64,000 nt of DNA from NCBI GenBank assembly GCA_046292385.1, contig JBKBRF010000029.1, forward strand, positions 1-64,000. The letters run 5' to 3'. A model generated the notes under the pieces. The model saw only the letters and a list, made by a program, of their open reading frames with translations. It did no database searches and was not told the DNA's origin. Each line of letters opens with the position of its first letter. Positions within the stretch are counted from its first letter, which is position 1. The DNA is from Armatimonadota bacterium (GTDB lineage Bacteria > Armatimonadota > SYMT01). Below, one piece after another: positions 28,099 through 38,893 of this stretch. Both the position numbers and the translations under genes were made by a program.

Positions 28099-28134
28099 CA
28101 AAAAGCCCGGTTCAAAAGATGGCTTGAACCGGGC
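28099..28134 (-). terminator. Island-supplied terminator downstream of the intact tRNA-Pro
   Basis: GCCCGGTTCAA-8nt-TTGAACCGGGC stem with a T-run on the minus strand. Confidence 0.75.
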
Positions 28135-28149
28135 GGATGCTGGTACTAA

Positions 28150-28223
28150 TCGGGGTGCGCGGATTTGAACCGCGGACCTCTGCGTCCCGAACGCAGCGCT
28201 CTACCAAGCTGAGCCACACCCCG
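28150..28223 (-). tRNA. tRNA-Pro(CGG)
   Basis: CGGGGTG acceptor stem, D-loop GCTTGGTAGAGC, anticodon arm CTGCG-TTCGGGA-CGCAG, T-loop GGTTCAAATCC; CCA not encoded. Confidence 0.96.
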
Positions 28224-28234
28224 AAAGCGACTGC

Positions 28235-28263
28235 ATTCTAGCACGCACCCCTTGCCGGGTCAA
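28235..28263 (-). promoter_or_regulatory. Sigma70-type promoter of tRNA-Pro
   Basis: TTGACC-17 bp-TAGAAT with extended -10 TG. Confidence 0.8.
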
Positions 28264-28544
28264 GCACCGAGTTTGCCTCGAGCGCGGTTTTCCGGAAGCG
28301 AGTCCTTGCCTGCCTGGCAACTCAACTCCCAGGTTTGGCCTCGCTCTCTCGCCGGGTAGGTAAGACCGTCCCCGCTGCCGCTCCGTCGGCTCCGCGCCCT
28401 GTCCCGTGCCGGAGAACCGACGCCCGTTTTCGCGCGCCCAGTCCCGGGCGGCAGCATTCCGGGACCCGGAACGCATGCCCCGCCCCGCGGCGGAGCGTGG
28501 GACTCCATGCAGCTATCGGGCCGAGAAAGGCGAAGTGAGACAGG

Positions 28545-29912
<1,368 letters not shown>

Positions 29913-29940
29913 TCGCCTCCATCCTACCGAACAGGCAGAG

Positions 29941-29975
29941 CGGCCCGCCATCCGGAGTGGATGGCGGGCCGTTTC
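29941..29975. terminator. Terminator hairpin between convergent genes
   Basis: CGGCCCGCCATCC-GGAGT-GGATGGCGGGCCG followed by TTTC. Confidence 0.8.
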
Positions 29976-29988
29976 TCGATCGGGCACC

Positions 29989-30339
29989 TCAGCCGAGCAG
30001 GGTGAAAACCCAACCGGCGAGCAGAACCGCCTCTGCGGCGGCGTCGAGCAGGTAGATCCGGCTGATGCGGCGCTGGGCCACGTAGATCACGTCCACCGCT
30101 GCCAGCGCGACGGCGCTGCCCAGGGCGAGAACGACGGCGTCGACGGAAGGCGCGCCGCGATAGGCTGCCGCCAGCAAGACGATCGCGATGACGCCGATCA
30201 TAGCCGCGACCGTCTTGACCAGCCAGTGGTCCTGCTTCGGTCCGGTTACCCGCTCGAAGCTGCGCATGCTCACCAGCGGCCAGGCCGCCGTCGCCAGGTA
30301 ATACAGCCCCTGCCCCCAGAGAAGGTAGGTCGCCTCCAT
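29989..30339 (-). CDS. Small integral membrane protein
   Basis: QG.YYL.T..WPL...RSFE.VTGPK.D.WLVKTV; four TM segments. Confidence 0.75.
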   Translation of the reverse strand: MEATYLLWGQGLYYLATAAWPLVSMRSFERVTGPKQDHWLVKTVAAMIGVIAIVLLAAAYRGAPSVDAVVLALGSAVALAAVDVIYVAQRRISRIYLLDAAAEAVLLAGWVFTLLG

Positions 30340-30776
30340 CAGCGGCGTGTCAGCTCCCCTTCGGCACCGGTGAGGGAGGTGACGTCGGAGATCTCCCAGC
30401 TCCCCTGGCTGCGTTTCAGACGGAAGCGCAGGGGCACTTCTCCACCGGCGGAGGTGGTGAGGACCGCGGAGGCCGACGCTTCGTCACCCTCGATGCTGAG
30501 AAACTCCCCGCGGACGTCGCTGAACGGTCCGTGCCGCCGCTCCAGCGCTTCCATCCCGCGGCGCAGCCCCTCTTCCGAGACTTGCTGCTGCAGGGAGGAC
30601 TCCAGGTGGTCCAGCGCCTGCCCGAAGCGCTCCGTCTCTACCTTGCGCATGAACTGCTCCGCGACCGCCTCCGGCGGGGAGACGAAGATGGTCCGGTCCC
30701 CGAGGCCGAAGACGATCCCGGCCAGCAGTCCCAGCGCCGCGGCGGTGACGAGCAGGACCTGCAGGAGTGATCTCAC
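30339..30776 (-). CDS. Membrane-anchored hypothetical protein (NTF2-like/DUF4878-like)
   Basis: GTG 30776 overlapping the upstream stop; N-terminal TM, SPPEAVAEQF, C-terminal G.W.I strand. Confidence 0.6.
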   Translation of the reverse strand: MRSLLQVLLVTAAALGLLAGIVFGLGDRTIFVSPPEAVAEQFMRKVETERFGQALDHLESSLQQQVSEEGLRRGMEALERRHGPFSDVRGEFLSIEGDEASASAVLTTSAGGEVPLRFRLKRSQGSWEISDVTSLTGAEGELTRR

Positions 30777-31282
30777 GCCTCCGCCTCCCCACGCTGACGC
30801 ACGCGGACCAGGTCGCACTTCTGCGCTTCCCGGGCCCAGGGCCGCGGGCAGATGCCGAGTTGCCCGGTCGTCTCCAGGGTAGCGGTCTCGATCTCCCGGA
30901 GATCGTCGATCCCCTGCTCGCGGACCAGTCCGAGCAACTCGGACTTCTCGAGCCGCTCCCGTCGAAGCGAGCCCTTGACCCATTCGCCGCCCCGGATCAT
31001 CACCTCCGGCCGACCGCTCACCCACCGTTCCAGGGTGGGGCTCACCTGGGTCCCCATGGTGATCAGGATCGCCAGGGACAGCAGCGTCCCCACCGCCACT
31101 ACCGCCTGGCTGGCCGGGACTTCCGCCCAGAGCAGGTCGTCGATCAGGTCCCCGGCGATGATCGAGGCGGTGAAGTCGATCGGCGTCACCTGCCGCACCG
31201 TTCGTTTCCCGGAGACACGCACGATCAAGAGCAGGAACAGGTAGCTGAAGATCACGCGGGCAGCGATCGCAGCGAGTGTCAT
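30773..31282 (-). CDS. YetF/DUF421 family membrane protein
   Basis: R.SGKR.V.Q.TPIDF, LREQGI.DL.EI..A.LE..GQL. Confidence 0.85.
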   Translation of the reverse strand: MTLAAIAARVIFSYLFLLLIVRVSGKRTVRQVTPIDFTASIIAGDLIDDLLWAEVPASQAVVAVGTLLSLAILITMGTQVSPTLERWVSGRPEVMIRGGEWVKGSLRRERLEKSELLGLVREQGIDDLREIETATLETTGQLGICPRPWAREAQKCDLVRVRQRGEAEA

Positions 31283-31872
31283 CAGGCGGCCTCCCGGTTC
31301 AGCGCGCGTGGAGAGTAGGTCTGCTTCTCCAGCGGCGGCTCGTCCTGCCCGCCCGTATCCGCCTGCTTCTGCTGTGCTTCCTTCCCGCGGAGGTCGCCCT
31401 TCTGCAGCGGCTCCGCCCACTCGTGTTTCACCACGGCCAGCCGGCCGCTTGCCTCCAGCGTTCCGAGCTTCACCTCGCGCAGGTCGTCGACCATCTGCTC
31501 GCGCAGCATGGCCATCACTTCGTCTTCCGAGATCCGCTCCTTGCGCATCTCGTCCCGGCAAAGCTCCCCGTCTTTGATCAGCATGCTGGGAGAGCCCTGC
31601 AGGATCCGGTCGAGCGTCTTGCTTGCATACGCCATCCAGCCGGTGGCCACGTGCAGCGCGGCGATGAGGACGGCGGCGAGGCCGAACTGCAGGAAGCTGA
31701 CGTCGCCGTAGATCGCCTCGTCCACGATCTCTCCCAGCATCAGCGCCACCAGCAGGTCGAAGGGCGAGAAGTTGCCGATCTCTCGCTTCCCCGTCAGGCG
31801 CAGCAGCGCCAGCATCAGCGCGTAGACGCCCAGGGTCCGTACCGCGGTCCAGAGTAGCTGTGAAGGATCCAT
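31282..31872 (-). CDS. YetF/DUF421 family membrane protein (tandem paralog)
   Basis: RLTGKREIG.FSPFDL, G.P..LIKDGE, LE.SG.L.V. Confidence 0.88.
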   Translation of the reverse strand: MDPSQLLWTAVRTLGVYALMLALLRLTGKREIGNFSPFDLLVALMLGEIVDEAIYGDVSFLQFGLAAVLIAALHVATGWMAYASKTLDRILQGSPSMLIKDGELCRDEMRKERISEDEVMAMLREQMVDDLREVKLGTLEASGRLAVVKHEWAEPLQKGDLRGKEAQQKQADTGGQDEPPLEKQTYSPRALNREAA

Positions 31873-31986
31873 AACCTGCTGCCCGGCCCACCAGTTGCCA
31901 GGGTGGCGAGCATCCTCCCGGCCCGTAGTCCCCGGAGGAGGAACAGCTACAAACCTGCGGGACGTGTACGCGCGTGGCAGCGGAGA

Positions 31987-32472
31987 TCAGTCGCCGGCGA
32001 GCGCGGCCATCTGCTTCGCCTCCAGCAGCCAGCGGAGCTCCCCGGCGCCGAAGCGCGGGTTCAGCTCCACGCACGCCAGGCTCGCCTTCTTCATCCGCAC
32101 CGCTCCGCCGCCGATCAGCGTGGAGACCGCTTCGCTCAGCGTCGGCTCGTGACCCACCAGCATCACGCGGGCGTTCCCGGGGAGGCGCTGCAGGAGGTCG
32201 AGGAGGGGCTCCACGCCCTCGCCGGAAGCGAGCCGGGGATCCTCCCGGAGGCTCGAATCGAGAGAGAGGCCGGATGCCACGATCTCCGCGGTCCGGCGCG
32301 CCCGCGCGAACGGGCTGGTGACGATCAGGTCGAGCTTCAGCTCCAAGCGCCGCAGGCCCCGGGCGACCGCGTGGAGCTCTTCTATCCCCTCGGCGGTAAG
32401 CTGGCGGTCGCGGTCGGACAGTCCAATTCGGGGATCTTCCGCAATGCCGTGACGAAGAAGGTAGACTCGCAT
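31987..32472 (-). CDS. sixA: Phosphohistidine phosphatase SixA
   Basis: YLLRHG.AE, DR.LT.EG, TSP..RA..TA, LVGHEP. Confidence 0.88.
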   Translation of the reverse strand: MRVYLLRHGIAEDPRIGLSDRDRQLTAEGIEELHAVARGLRRLELKLDLIVTSPFARARRTAEIVASGLSLDSSLREDPRLASGEGVEPLLDLLQRLPGNARVMLVGHEPTLSEAVSTLIGGGAVRMKKASLACVELNPRFGAGELRWLLEAKQMAALAGD

Positions 32473-32607
32473 GGTGTTCTCCTGGCCCCCGGGTGGAGAG
32501 GACCGGCGTCCCCGCGGGGGCAACAGTCCTACGCCGCGCTCCGTGAGCGCCTCTGATACCACCGCGTCAGCCGCGGCGGCTCGGACACGCTCCTAGTCTG
32601 ACTCCCG

Positions 32608-35094
32608 ATGCGCTCCCACCAAACGCCCGCCTCCCGCTCCCGGCTCCGCATCCTGGCCCCCGTGCTTCTGCTGGTCGCCCTGCCGGGGGCCTTCCTATTT
32701 CCGTATCTGTTCCTGGGCCGGTCGATGGTGCCGCTCGACATGCTGCCGGGGTTCCAGCCGTGGGTGCGGCACGCCGCGAGCCTCTGGCCGGCGGAGGTCT
32801 GGACTCCCGGACAGCTCCCCCACAACCCGCTGCTCGACTCGATCCAGCAGTACTTCCCTCGCCGGGTCTACTTCTCCGGCGCGCTCTCCGGCGGCTGGCT
32901 GCCGCTCTGGAACCCATACGTTTACGCCGGCAGTCCCTTCGCGGGGATCCAGCAAGGCGCGCTGCTCTACCCGCCGGCATGGCTCCTCGCCCTCTTTCCT
33001 CCGGAGCAGCAGTTCGGGTGGTCCGCCTTTCTCCACCTCTCCCTGGCGGCAGTCGGGAGCTATCTCTTCTTCCGCCAGATGGAGCTGCGGCGCGCCGCGG
33101 CGGTCGCGGGCGGGGTCGCCTTTGCGTTCAACGGCTTCATCGTCGTCTGGCTCGCCTATCCGAACGTGACACAGTGGACCCTCTGCTGGCTGCCGCTGGC
33201 CCTCTTCCTGTGGGAGAAGGGCCGCGAGCGGGACGATCTCCGCTGGATTGCCGGCTCTGCCGCCGCGCTGGGGCTTAGCCTGCTGGGCGGCCACGCGCAG
33301 AGCTCCGCGTACGTGCTCCTGGTCTGGGCCGCCTGGGCGCTCTACCGCTGCCTCACTTCCGGGCGGCCGCTCTCCGCGCTGGCGCGCTGGGCCGCGCTGC
33401 CGGGCACGCTCGCCGTGCTCTTCGCACTGGGACAGCTCCTGCCGGCGTTCGATTATCTGCCGCGGACCGACCGTTCCGGGCGGCTGCCGTGGGAGGCAGT
33501 CCTGGCGAACGGGATGCCGCCGAATCAGCTCTGGACCCTCATCCTGCCGCGGCTCTTCGGAGACGAGACGGCGGGCTTCGGCACGCTGCCGAGCTGGCTC
33601 AACGGGTACGATACCAGTCCGTACGCCCGCCTCGCCTTCCTCGAGCGGAGCTTCTACCCCGGCGCGGCCGTGCTCGTGCTCGCGGCCGGAGCCTGGGCGG
33701 CCCGGCGGCTTCCGCCGGAGTACCGGCGGCTCGCGCTCTTCTCTTTGGTGCTGGCGGTCGGCGGGATAGCCATGGCTCTCTTTCCGCCGCTCTACTGGCC
33801 GCTCTGGCGCTTCGCCCCCGGGTTCGGACACCTCACCGCCTGGGCGCGCATCATCTGCATCGCCGCGTGGGGCCTGGCAGGTCTTGCCGCGCTCGGAGTG
33901 CACGCGCTCGGCGACGCCGACCCCCTCGTCCGGCGCTCCGCGCTGCGGGGTATCGCCGCGGCCGCCGCCCTCGGGGCGGTGGTAGCGATCGCCGGTTACA
34001 TTCTCCACCCGGTGCCGCTCCCAGTCGACGAGACGCTTCAGCGCCAGGGACTTCCGGCGGCCGACCCGCAGCTCACCCGAGACTTGCTCCTCGCGCTGGG
34101 CTGGCTCCTGCTGCCGGTCGTGATCGCGCTGCTTTCGCTGCCCCTGCAGCAGCGGCAGCGCCCGGTGCTGCAGCCCGCGCTCGCCGCGGCAGCGGCTGTC
34201 GTGGTGATCGCGGCCGACCTCTTCACCTTCGGCTTCGGCTTCAATCCCCGCGCCGATCCCCGCTTCCTCACCGCCCAGGTGCCGGAGTTGCAGGCGGTGA
34301 CGGCGGAGCCGGAGGCGTTCCGCTTCCTCTCCGTGGGGCCCGGGCCCGATCCGATGCGGCACCTGCACGAGCGAATGCCGTCCAACCTCCCCTCCGTGTT
34401 CGGGTTGGCGGACGCGCTGGGAAGCGACTCGTTCGTCTCGAAACGCTACCGCCAGTGGGAGCGCGCGCTCTCGCGGGCGACCGGCGAGGGACCGTGGTCT
34501 CGCCCCGGCGCGGCGAACCTGCGCGCCGCCGGCGTGCGCTACTACCTCACCGGCGCGAAGGAGCCCTTTTCCGGACTGGAAGAAGTGGTCGGCACCGGCC
34601 TGCAGCGAGATCCGCGCGCGCTGCCGTACGCACGGCTCCACCCGTTCGCGCAGGCGCTCCCGTCCGAAGCCGCCGTGCTGGAGAACCTGGCGAACCCGAA
34701 CCGCTCTCCGCTCGTGGCCCTCGTCGCGGGACCGGACGCGCCCACGTTTTCGAACCCGGGCCCGGTGACGCCGTTCACCGTGCGGCGGCGGAACGGGAAC
34801 CGGCTGGTCCTCGAGGGGGAGGCGCCGTCTTCGGGACTGCTGGTGGTGGCCGAGCAGTACGAGCCGGGCTGGCGCGTGGCCGTGAACGGCCGGCCGGCTC
34901 GCCTCTTCCCGGCCGACCATCTTTTCGTCGGCGTGCCGCTGGAGGCAGGCCCGCAGGTGGTGGAGCTCACCTACCAGCCGGCGCCCTGGCGGGTGGGGCT
35001 CTTCGGCACGCTCGCGGCGCTGGGGGCACTCTGCGCGCTCCTCGTCGGAGCGCGTCCGCGCCGTCCGGCAAAACTTTCTACCGCCGACGTTTGA
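32608..35094 (+). CDS. YfhO-family (GT-C fold) membrane glycosyltransferase-like protein
   Basis: G.LPLWNPY..AGSPF, LLYPP, GGH.Q, many TMs, E.Y.PGW...VNG, V.L.Y.P. Confidence 0.85.
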   Translation: MRSHQTPASRSRLRILAPVLLLVALPGAFLFPYLFLGRSMVPLDMLPGFQPWVRHAASLWPAEVWTPGQLPHNPLLDSIQQYFPRRVYFSGALSGGWLPLWNPYVYAGSPFAGIQQGALLYPPAWLLALFPPEQQFGWSAFLHLSLAAVGSYLFFRQMELRRAAAVAGGVAFAFNGFIVVWLAYPNVTQWTLCWLPLALFLWEKGRERDDLRWIAGSAAALGLSLLGGHAQSSAYVLLVWAAWALYRCLTSGRPLSALARWAALPGTLAVLFALGQLLPAFDYLPRTDRSGRLPWEAVLANGMPPNQLWTLILPRLFGDETAGFGTLPSWLNGYDTSPYARLAFLERSFYPGAAVLVLAAGAWAARRLPPEYRRLALFSLVLAVGGIAMALFPPLYWPLWRFAPGFGHLTAWARIICIAAWGLAGLAALGVHALGDADPLVRRSALRGIAAAAALGAVVAIAGYILHPVPLPVDETLQRQGLPAADPQLTRDLLLALGWLLLPVVIALLSLPLQQRQRPVLQPALAAAAAVVVIAADLFTFGFGFNPRADPRFLTAQVPELQAVTAEPEAFRFLSVGPGPDPMRHLHERMPSNLPSVFGLADALGSDSFVSKRYRQWERALSRATGEGPWSRPGAANLRAAGVRYYLTGAKEPFSGLEEVVGTGLQRDPRALPYARLHPFAQALPSEAAVLENLANPNRSPLVALVAGPDAPTFSNPGPVTPFTVRRRNGNRLVLEGEAPSSGLLVVAEQYEPGWRVAVNGRPARLFPADHLFVGVPLEAGPQVVELTYQPAPWRVGLFGTLAALGALCALLVGARPRRPAKLSTADV

Positions 35095-35119
35095 GGAATT
35101 CCGCCCCGGGTATGATTTC

Positions 35120-35430
35120 GCTGGAACGAGGAACGCTCGATCCGGTTCTGATAAGAAGCGAAGACGAGGAACGGACGTCAGGAAAGCCGGACAGGGAACA
35201 CACGGGATCTGGGACACTACAACCGCATAACGGCAGCACAACTGAAGAACGGCACACAACTGAATAGACAACCGAAGAACATGCCGCTCTCCGGAGCGGA
35301 AGGACAACAGAAGAACGGCAACCGGCCGTGGTTATGCGGTCGCACAACTGAACACGAGATGCGAACAACGGCCCCTCGGGGTCGACACAATAGAGAGAGG
35401 GCGGTGAGGCTTGCGCTTCACCGCCCTCTC
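35120..35430 (+). ncRNA. Candidate structured sRNA with repeated GGA and ACAACNGAA motifs
   Basis: TATGAT -10 at 35111; 9 GGA in 35121-35220; at least 5 ACAACNGAA; 10-bp long-range helix; 16-bp terminal stem. Confidence 0.6.
35395..35430. terminator. Strong hairpin ending the candidate sRNA and convergent DUF1501 gene
   Basis: GAGAGGGCGGTGAGGC-TTGC-GCTTCACCGCCCTCTC. Confidence 0.75.
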
Positions 35431-35456
35431 GGCGTCTCATCTGCGTTTCGGCTGGC

Positions 35457-36839
35457 TCACACCAGCTCCCGGATGACCTCACCTTCGCCGGCGATCTCCC
35501 ACGGCCGGCCCTGCGGGTCGTGGAGAATGGTGCCGGGCGAGACGCCCATCTTCTGGTAGATCGTCGCGATCAGGTCGATCGGGCGCAGGCGGCGTTCGTC
35601 CGCGTATCCGCCGTCCGCCGTCGTGGAGCCGATCACCTGCCCGCCGCGCACTCCGCCGCCCGCGGCGACGACCGACATCGCGTGCGGCCAGTGGTCCCGG
35701 CCGCTGTCCGGCGCCTCGACCTTGGGGCTGCGGCCGAACTCGCCCATCCAGAGGACCAGCGTCTCCTTCAGCAGGCCGCGGTCGTCCATGTCCCGCAGGA
35801 GCGCGCTGAACGCCTGGTCGAGCGTGGGGCAGAGATGGTCCCGCATCCGGGCGAGCGCCCCGATCTCGATCCCCTGCGCCATCAGGTTGCCGTGCGTGTC
35901 CCAGTTACCCGTGGAGACGGAAACGACCGGCACGCCTTTCTCCACCAGGCGCCGGCCCAGCAGGAACGCCTGGCCGAAGCCGTTCTTGCCGTAGTCTTCC
36001 TTCAGCTTCTCCGGCTCGCCGGAGAGGTCGAACGCCTCCCGCGTGGCGCTGGAGGTCACCAGCCCATACGCCCTCCGCTGGTACTCGTCCAGCGTGCTCG
36101 CCGCCAGCTCCCGGTCGGCCAGTCCGGCCGCCCCGTCGATGATCCGCGCGAGGCGGCTGCGGCGCTCCAGGCGGCCACTGGTCACGTTGGGGGGCAGCGG
36201 CAGGTCGTTCAGCACGTAGCCCTGCTTGTCGCTTCCGGTCATGCGCAGGGGCGCGTACGCCGGTCCGAGCCGCTCCGGGTTGTCGTAGTAGACGTAGTTG
36301 AAGCCGCCGATGCCGTACGTGCCGTAGCTGCGGATGCTGATCAGCGGCGGCAGCGCGCTCTGCGGCGGGAGAGTTCGGGCGAGCACGGAGCCGAAGTAGG
36401 GCGCCGCCTGCGCGGGGTTCCCCTGCGAGTCCGGACGGCCGGGCGCGACTCCGGTCTGCATCCAGTGGTCCGCCGCCGTGTGGCCCGGCTCCTGGTGGTA
36501 GATCGACCGGATGATCGCGTACTTGTCCGCAATCTTCGCCATCCGCGGCAGCCACTCGTGGATGCGGATGCCGGAGACGTTCGTCGGAATCGCCGAGGAG
36601 GGGCCGCGGTAGGCTTCGGGGGCGTCCGGCTTGGGATCGAACGTCTCGTAGTGGCTCGGCCCGCCGCCCATCCAGAGCAGCAGTACCGCCTTCGCCTGCG
36701 GAGCCGCGGCGCCGGCAGCCCGGCCCGCCAGCAGCGTCGGCAGCGTCAGCCCGCCGAGCCCGAGCGCGCCGACCCGGACGAAGTCCCGCCGGGTGAGTCC
36801 ATCACAGTAGACCGACCGCCCTCTCCGGATCTCCAGCAT
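35457..36839 (-). CDS. DUF1501 family protein (Tat-like RR motif)
   Basis: CDGLTRRDFVRVG.LG, LWMGGGPSH.ETFDPKP, FGQ..LL.RRLVE.GV, WDTH, GEFGRSP, GRDHW. Confidence 0.9.
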   Translation of the reverse strand: MLEIRRGRSVYCDGLTRRDFVRVGALGLGGLTLPTLLAGRAAGAAAPQAKAVLLLWMGGGPSHYETFDPKPDAPEAYRGPSSAIPTNVSGIRIHEWLPRMAKIADKYAIIRSIYHQEPGHTAADHWMQTGVAPGRPDSQGNPAQAAPYFGSVLARTLPPQSALPPLISIRSYGTYGIGGFNYVYYDNPERLGPAYAPLRMTGSDKQGYVLNDLPLPPNVTSGRLERRSRLARIIDGAAGLADRELAASTLDEYQRRAYGLVTSSATREAFDLSGEPEKLKEDYGKNGFGQAFLLGRRLVEKGVPVVSVSTGNWDTHGNLMAQGIEIGALARMRDHLCPTLDQAFSALLRDMDDRGLLKETLVLWMGEFGRSPKVEAPDSGRDHWPHAMSVVAAGGGVRGGQVIGSTTADGGYADERRLRPIDLIATIYQKMGVSPGTILHDPQGRPWEIAGEGEVIRELV

Positions 36840-36987
36840 CGCCGCCTCCCCAGTAGTCCTGCCATTCGGACAACGGCCGGAGGCGCCGGTTTCAGGGAGT
36901 GCGGTAGAGAACGTGTGCCGACTGTGACTGTTCGCCAGCAGGCTGCTTCCGCCAGCCCTTCGGGTGGAGGCACCATTCCCCGAATCT

Positions 36988-37521
36988 GTCATTCTGAGCC
37001 GCAGGCACGGCCGAGAGCCGGCCACGCCCGAAGAAACGATCCCTAGCCCTGACGACCGCCCGACGGCTTTCCGCTTGACCCGCCACTCACCGTAAGCAGT
37101 CATTCTGAACGCAGTGAAGAATCTCGGCAGCCGGCTTGGTCCGGAGCACGCATCGGGGCGACGAGGACACGGCCTGGCGGAGCGCTCCCGAACGCGGGTG
37201 CTCACCGTACCTCCGGAGAGCCGAGTGACGTAGATCCTTCACTGCGTTCAGGATGACCCTCGGGGGCGGAGCTGTGCTCCCGCAGGGCTGACGCCGATCC
37301 GGTGATGCTGGCTCGCGGGGGAGTTTCTTGAGAACGCAGGGAAGAATCTCGGCAGCCGTCCTGGTCCGGAGTACGCATGCTCGTGACGAGGACAAGGCCT
37401 GGCGAGGCGCTCCCGAACGTGCGGGCACACCGTCTCCTCGAAGAACCGAGTGACGGAGATCCTTCACTCCGTTCAGGATGACCCCCGGGGAGTAGAGCCG
37501 CGCTCACGCAGGGCCGACGCC
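36988..37521. repeat. Cluster of REP-like palindromic elements in a degenerate ~225-bp tandem duplication
   Basis: GTCATTCTGAACGCAGTGAAGAATCT (37099-37124) inverted to AGATCCTTCACTGCGTTCAGGATGAC (37232-37257); second unit about 37323-37482; extra GTCATTCTGAG at 36988. Confidence 0.8.
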
Positions 37522-37630
37522 GCCACCGGCGCTGTCTCGAGGCGCCGAGAAGTCCTGGCGGGAAACTCTTCACTTCCGCTCAGCGTGACCGGCGTGGGAA
37601 ATAGACGCGGCCGCGTTCTGTCGCCGGGAG

Positions 37631-38893
37631 TTAGTCGCCGCCGCCGCGGAGGGTCTTGTCGACGATCTTGAGGAACTCGTCGTTGCTGGTGGTGTTCTTC
37701 AGGCGGTCGATCAGCAGCTCGGTGGCCTGGACGGTATCGAGCGCGGCGAGGGCGCGGTGGAGCTTCCAGACCTGCTTGAGGGTCGCCTCGTCGTGCAGGA
37801 GCTCGTCGTGGCGGGTTCCGGAACGCTTGATGTCGATCGCGGGGAAGATGCGGCGCTCCTGCAGGTCCCGGCTCAGGTGGAGCTCCCAGTTGCCGGTGCC
37901 CTTGAACTCCTCGAAGATCATGTCGTCCATCCGGCTGCCGGTATCGACCAGCGCCGTGGCGATGATCGTGAGGCTGCCGCCCTCTTCGATGTTCCGCGCG
38001 GCACCGAAGAACCGCTTGGGGCGGTAGAGCGCGGCGGGGTCGAGGCCGCCGGTGAGGGTGCGGCCGCTGGGGGTGACGGTCAGGTTGGAGGCGCGGGAGA
38101 GGCGGGTCAGGCTGTCCAGCAGGATCACGACGTCGCGGCCGCTCTCGACCAGGCGCTTCGACTCTTCCAGCACCATGTCGGCGACGCGGCTGTGGTTCTC
38201 CGGAAGCTCGTCGAAGGTGGAGCTCACCACCTGCCCCTTCACGGACCGGCGCATGTCGGTCACTTCTTCCGGGCGCTCGTCCACGAGCAGGACGATCAGG
38301 AACACCTCCGGGTTGTTCTGCGTGATCCCGTGCGCGATGTTCTTGAGCAGCGTCGTCTTACCGGCCTTCGGCGGAGAGACGATCAGGCCGCGCTGCCCCT
38401 TTCCCACCGGGGCGATCAGGTCGATGAAGCGCCCGCTGATGTTGTCCCCGCTCGTCTCCATCTGGAGCCGCTCGTTGGGGTAGACGGTGGTGAGGTCGGC
38501 GTAGTCCTTGCGCTGCCGGGCGCGGTCCGGGTCCATGCCGTTGACCGCTTCCACGCGGAGAAGCCCGTAGTACTTCTCGTTCTCCTTCGGGGGCCGCACC
38601 TGGCCGCTCACCCAGTCCCCCGTCTTCAGGCCGAAGCGCTTGATCTGGGATTGGGAGACGTAGATGTCGTCCGCCGCCGGCTGGAAGTTGTCGTGCCGGA
38701 GGAACCCCCACCCGTCGGAGAGGATCTCGAGCACCCCCTGGCCGTAGATGAGCCCGCTGTTCTCCGCCTGGGTCTGGAGAATCTTGAAGGTGAGGTCCTG
38801 CTTCCGCAGCCGGTCGATGTTCTCGATGTTCAGCTCCCGGGCGATTCCCTGAAGCTCCGCGACTGTCTTCGATTCGAGCTCGGCGAGTTCCAT
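37631..38893 (-). CDS. rho: Transcription termination factor Rho
   Basis: [45 protein letters not shown]. Confidence 0.98.
   Translation of the reverse strand: MELAELESKTVAELQGIARELNIENIDRLRKQDLTFKILQTQAENSGLIYGQGVLEILSDGWGFLRHDNFQPAADDIYVSQSQIKRFGLKTGDWVSGQVRPPKENEKYYGLLRVEAVNGMDPDRARQRKDYADLTTVYPNERLQMETSGDNISGRFIDLIAPVGKGQRGLIVSPPKAGKTTLLKNIAHGITQNNPEVFLIVLLVDERPEEVTDMRRSVKGQVVSSTFDELPENHSRVADMVLEESKRLVESGRDVVILLDSLTRLSRASNLTVTPSGRTLTGGLDPAALYRPKRFFGAARNIEEGGSLTIIATALVDTGSRMDDMIFEEFKGTGNWELHLSRDLQERRIFPAIDIKRSGTRHDELLHDEATLKQVWKLHRALAALDTVQATELLIDRLKNTTSNDEFLKIVDKTLRGGGD

Larger units (their letters stand above)
5833..28206. mobile_element. tRNA-Pro-integrated genomic island (integrative/satellite-like element with defence cargo), ~22.3 kb
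   Basis: 59-bp direct repeats, tyrosine integrase next to the intact tRNA, replication helicase, RM and defence genes, more AT-rich than the flanks. Confidence 0.93.

Noticed and set aside
5833..28206. Complete prophage or conjugative ICE
   Set aside because: No capsid, terminase, tail, lysis, relaxase or T4SS genes recognised
32695..35307. Long antisense or alternate-frame ORFs (also 28260-29987, 33489-35267, 49203-51821, 51508-53394, 59272-61839)
   Set aside because: Arg/Pro/Gly-rich shadows of well-supported genes, expected in high-GC DNA
35219..35395. CRISPR array or coding repeat
   Set aside because: Units are 9-13 nt with irregular short spacing, no cas genes in the window, and overlapping ORFs have no credible protein features
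37099..37521. CRISPR array or the ORFs called at 37087-37573
   Set aside because: Arms alternate in orientation and the interiors are homologous rather than unique spacers; the ORFs are translations of the repeat
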